In this document: piece by piece, positions 62,248-64,000 of the stretch | Numbering within the stretch: position 1 is the first letter of the stretch | How the letters are laid out: each line of letters starts with the position of its first letter | Source: Escherichia phage JLBYU08 | Length of the DNA: 64,000 nucleotides | Reading direction: 5' to 3' (one strand) | Sequence record: OK272482.1 | The notes under the pieces: model-generated | Databases searched by the model: none | What the model was told of the DNA's origin: nothing | Seen by the model: the letters and a program-made list of their open reading frames with translations, nothing else | Program-made: the position numbers and the translations under genes

Positions 62248-62933
62248 TAACCCTCCTGTCTAGTTGCGTTTACTGTAATACTTTCACAATAAATGGTTGT
62301 GGTGTCCCAATCAGGTCTTACGTCAGGAACATACAGCAAAGTAGCCAGCCCACCAACTCCAAACTGGTTTTCTTCCCATACTGATCCGAAGCCAAGAGCT
62401 GTAGAGTCCCCTTCAAAACCAAAAGCTTGCCCTTGCGATTCTGTAAGACGCAAATGACAAGGCAATGGTAGCATATCTAAGATCTGATCGATAGACTGCA
62501 ATATGTCAAAGCAAGTTTTTCTAATATTTATGTCAAACCTGAAGTTGTCTCCTTTCCACGTATCGAAATTGTCTCTTCCGAACAATTGTCGCAAGGTGGA
62601 GATGACATCTTCGCGAGTCCCGCCCCTTGATGCTGCGGCCTGCTGAATAATTAGTGTGGCACGAAAATCAGCATCTGAAAGTCCATTCCTAAGAATACCA
62701 AGTTGATTACCAACTTCGTCAAGGTATCTTCCGCTGGCATTGTTAAGCAATCTTCCTTCAGCCAAACCTACCAGCATCTTATCAACATCCTCCAACCTTT
62801 TAAGGTATACGGTTAAGAATGTGACTAAATTAACCTTCTCAGCCAGAAAATCTCCAGGCAGGTAGTCAAGACCTCCCTGAACAAAATCTGGCAGAGTGTG
62901 GATGTGGTTAACATCCGACTTAATCTCTGCCAT
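62247..62933 (-). CDS. putative baseplate component, 228 aa
   Basis: Position between the baseplate-like gene and tail proteins; coupled start. Confidence 0.5.
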   Translation of the reverse strand: MAEIKSDVNHIHTLPDFVQGGLDYLPGDFLAEKVNLVTFLTVYLKRLEDVDKMLVGLAEGRLLNNASGRYLDEVGNQLGILRNGLSDADFRATLIIQQAAASRGGTREDVISTLRQLFGRDNFDTWKGDNFRFDINIRKTCFDILQSIDQILDMLPLPCHLRLTESQGQAFGFEGDSTALGFGSVWEENQFGVGGLATLLYVPDVRPDWDTTTIYCESITVNATRQEG

Positions 62934-62944
62934 ATCTTGCCGCC

Positions 62945-64000
62945 TTAAATAGTTTGTTGGAAAGTTATATTACTTTCGTCGAGGTCAAACACCTCGGTCA
63001 TGTTCGCAACAATATCGTTTGTAGTGTAAGCTTCATCAGAAGCTCCTACGGATTTAACTTGAATTACCAGCCTATTAAATCTGCCTATTGACACAGCAGC
63101 AGATGCAGCACCTACCAATTGGATATTATACAACGTATCTGCAACATCCAGTCCGTTAACAACCTGCAAAAGAGCCTCTATAATGGCATCTTTTTCGGTT
63201 GTAGAAAGCGCAGCACCGGAGTAGGTAATTCTTACATCTAGGCGGTAGGTGTTTGCCTTGGAGTAATAAATTCTTTCAGTTTGACCGTCAGATGTAGTCA
63301 CATCGTAGAAAATATTACCATAAGTCCTGTTCGTACAGGCTATAGTTTGGTAAAGTGCTTGGCAAATGTCTTCCGTTGCACCACCAAACACAACCACTTG
63401 GAACTTGTAAGGAGGTATACCTTTAGCATCAGTTTTATCGGTGTTGTTGGAGAACACTCTCACTTTCTCAACACCTTTCACCTCGCTTACAGCGCTAAGG
63501 ATTGCAGGACGGGTAGTCTTAGATGTTAACTGTTTTGTGCTGGAAGCTCTTAAGCGATACTCTGAGTCTTTCTCAACATCCCTGCCCTCATTGAATCTTT
63601 CTCGGTTGGTAAGCTTGATAAATCCACTAGGAGTAGGTGACATTGTTGTCACGGTTTCTGCTTCTCTTGACAGCTCACCAGCCTCGTTAGCGATAACATC
63701 CAGTGTGATAGTTCTTTCCCCTACAATCGGGGATACTCTGAAATCTACCCTACTGTTAAGTCCAACTTGATCAAGATTCGAATTGTACCCTATCCACAAC
63801 GTTCCTGTCAACATATCGATCTGAATCAAATCGTCGTTCAACAGGGTTGTATTATCGACAATGAATTGCTTAATCTCTCCGTAAAAGCTTGGCAAATCAG
63901 AAGAGTCCAGAGATTTATCTGTTAAAACTAGGCTTTTTGTTTTGATACTTCCATCTGTCTGGTTGGTAATTTGGAAGTTGTATTTCCCAATCCTTAGGTC
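62945..64000 (-). CDS. putative baseplate protein (possibly Baseplate_J-like), 5' end beyond window
   Basis: Reading frame stays open from the track TTG start (63895) up to the window edge with no stop and no SD at the TTG, so the gene probably begins upstream of the window. Confidence 0.55.
   Translation of the reverse strand, partial: DLRIGKYNFQITNQTDGSIKTKSLVLTDKSLDSSDLPSFYGEIKQFIVDNTTLLNDDLIQIDMLTGTLWIGYNSNLDQVGLNSRVDFRVSPIVGERTITLDVIANEAGELSREAETVTTMSPTPSGFIKLTNRERFNEGRDVEKDSEYRLRASSTKQLTSKTTRPAILSAVSEVKGVEKVRVFSNNTDKTDAKGIPPYKFQVVVFGGATEDICQALYQTIACTNRTYGNIFYDVTTSDGQTERIYYSKANTYRLDVRITYSGAALSTTEKDAIIEALLQVVNGLDVADTLYNIQLVGAASAAVSIGRFNRLVIQVKSVGASDEAYTTNDIVANMTEVFDLDESNITFQQTI

Overview
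The window reads as a segment of a tailed bacteriophage genome (no rRNA, tRNA or CRISPR found; dense short genes with Shine-Dalgarno sites and ATGA/TAATG coupling). All calls are from reading the sequence and motif recall only; no database search was run, and coordinates of hand-derived elements may be off by a few bases. Layout: (1) 1-2007, a short rightward block of small genes; (2) 2220-4350, a 2.1-kb coding-poor, repeat-rich region (iteron-like repeats, a palindrome flanked by 19-bp direct repeats); (3) 4562-41290, a long leftward block of about 60 small early-type genes, many with their own sigma70-like promoter (TTGACA-16/17-TATAAT-like) and hairpin terminators, interrupted by a second repeat-rich gap (15150-16060). 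This block holds a replication module: SSB-like protein ending in DDDIPF, a family A DNA polymerase split by a 329-nt group I intron at motif C, a T7 gp4-like primase-helicase, a small C5-methyltransferase-like protein, a beta-class amino-methyltransferase, a Dda/PIF1-like helicase, rIIB and rIIA homologues, a signal-peptide SleB-like cell-wall hydrolase, a MoxR-like AAA+ ATPase and a macro-domain protein; (4) 42266-49298, a rightward block bounded on its left by a 29-bp perfect inverted repeat that gives two divergent genes an identical start (MSKVTYRA), followed by a metallopeptidase/vWA protein, a tandem array of four paralogous small genes and a HAD-like gene broken at a G6 run; (5) 49346-64000, a leftward tail/baseplate module with a 1878-aa fibre protein, two tail-fibre paralogues, a tail-fibre assembly chaperone and a baseplate gene that runs off the window edge. 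The most notable items are the intron in the polymerase, the inverted-repeat-bounded 1.8-kb segment, the separated MoxR/vWA pair, the macro-domain gene and the two repeat-rich non-coding regions.
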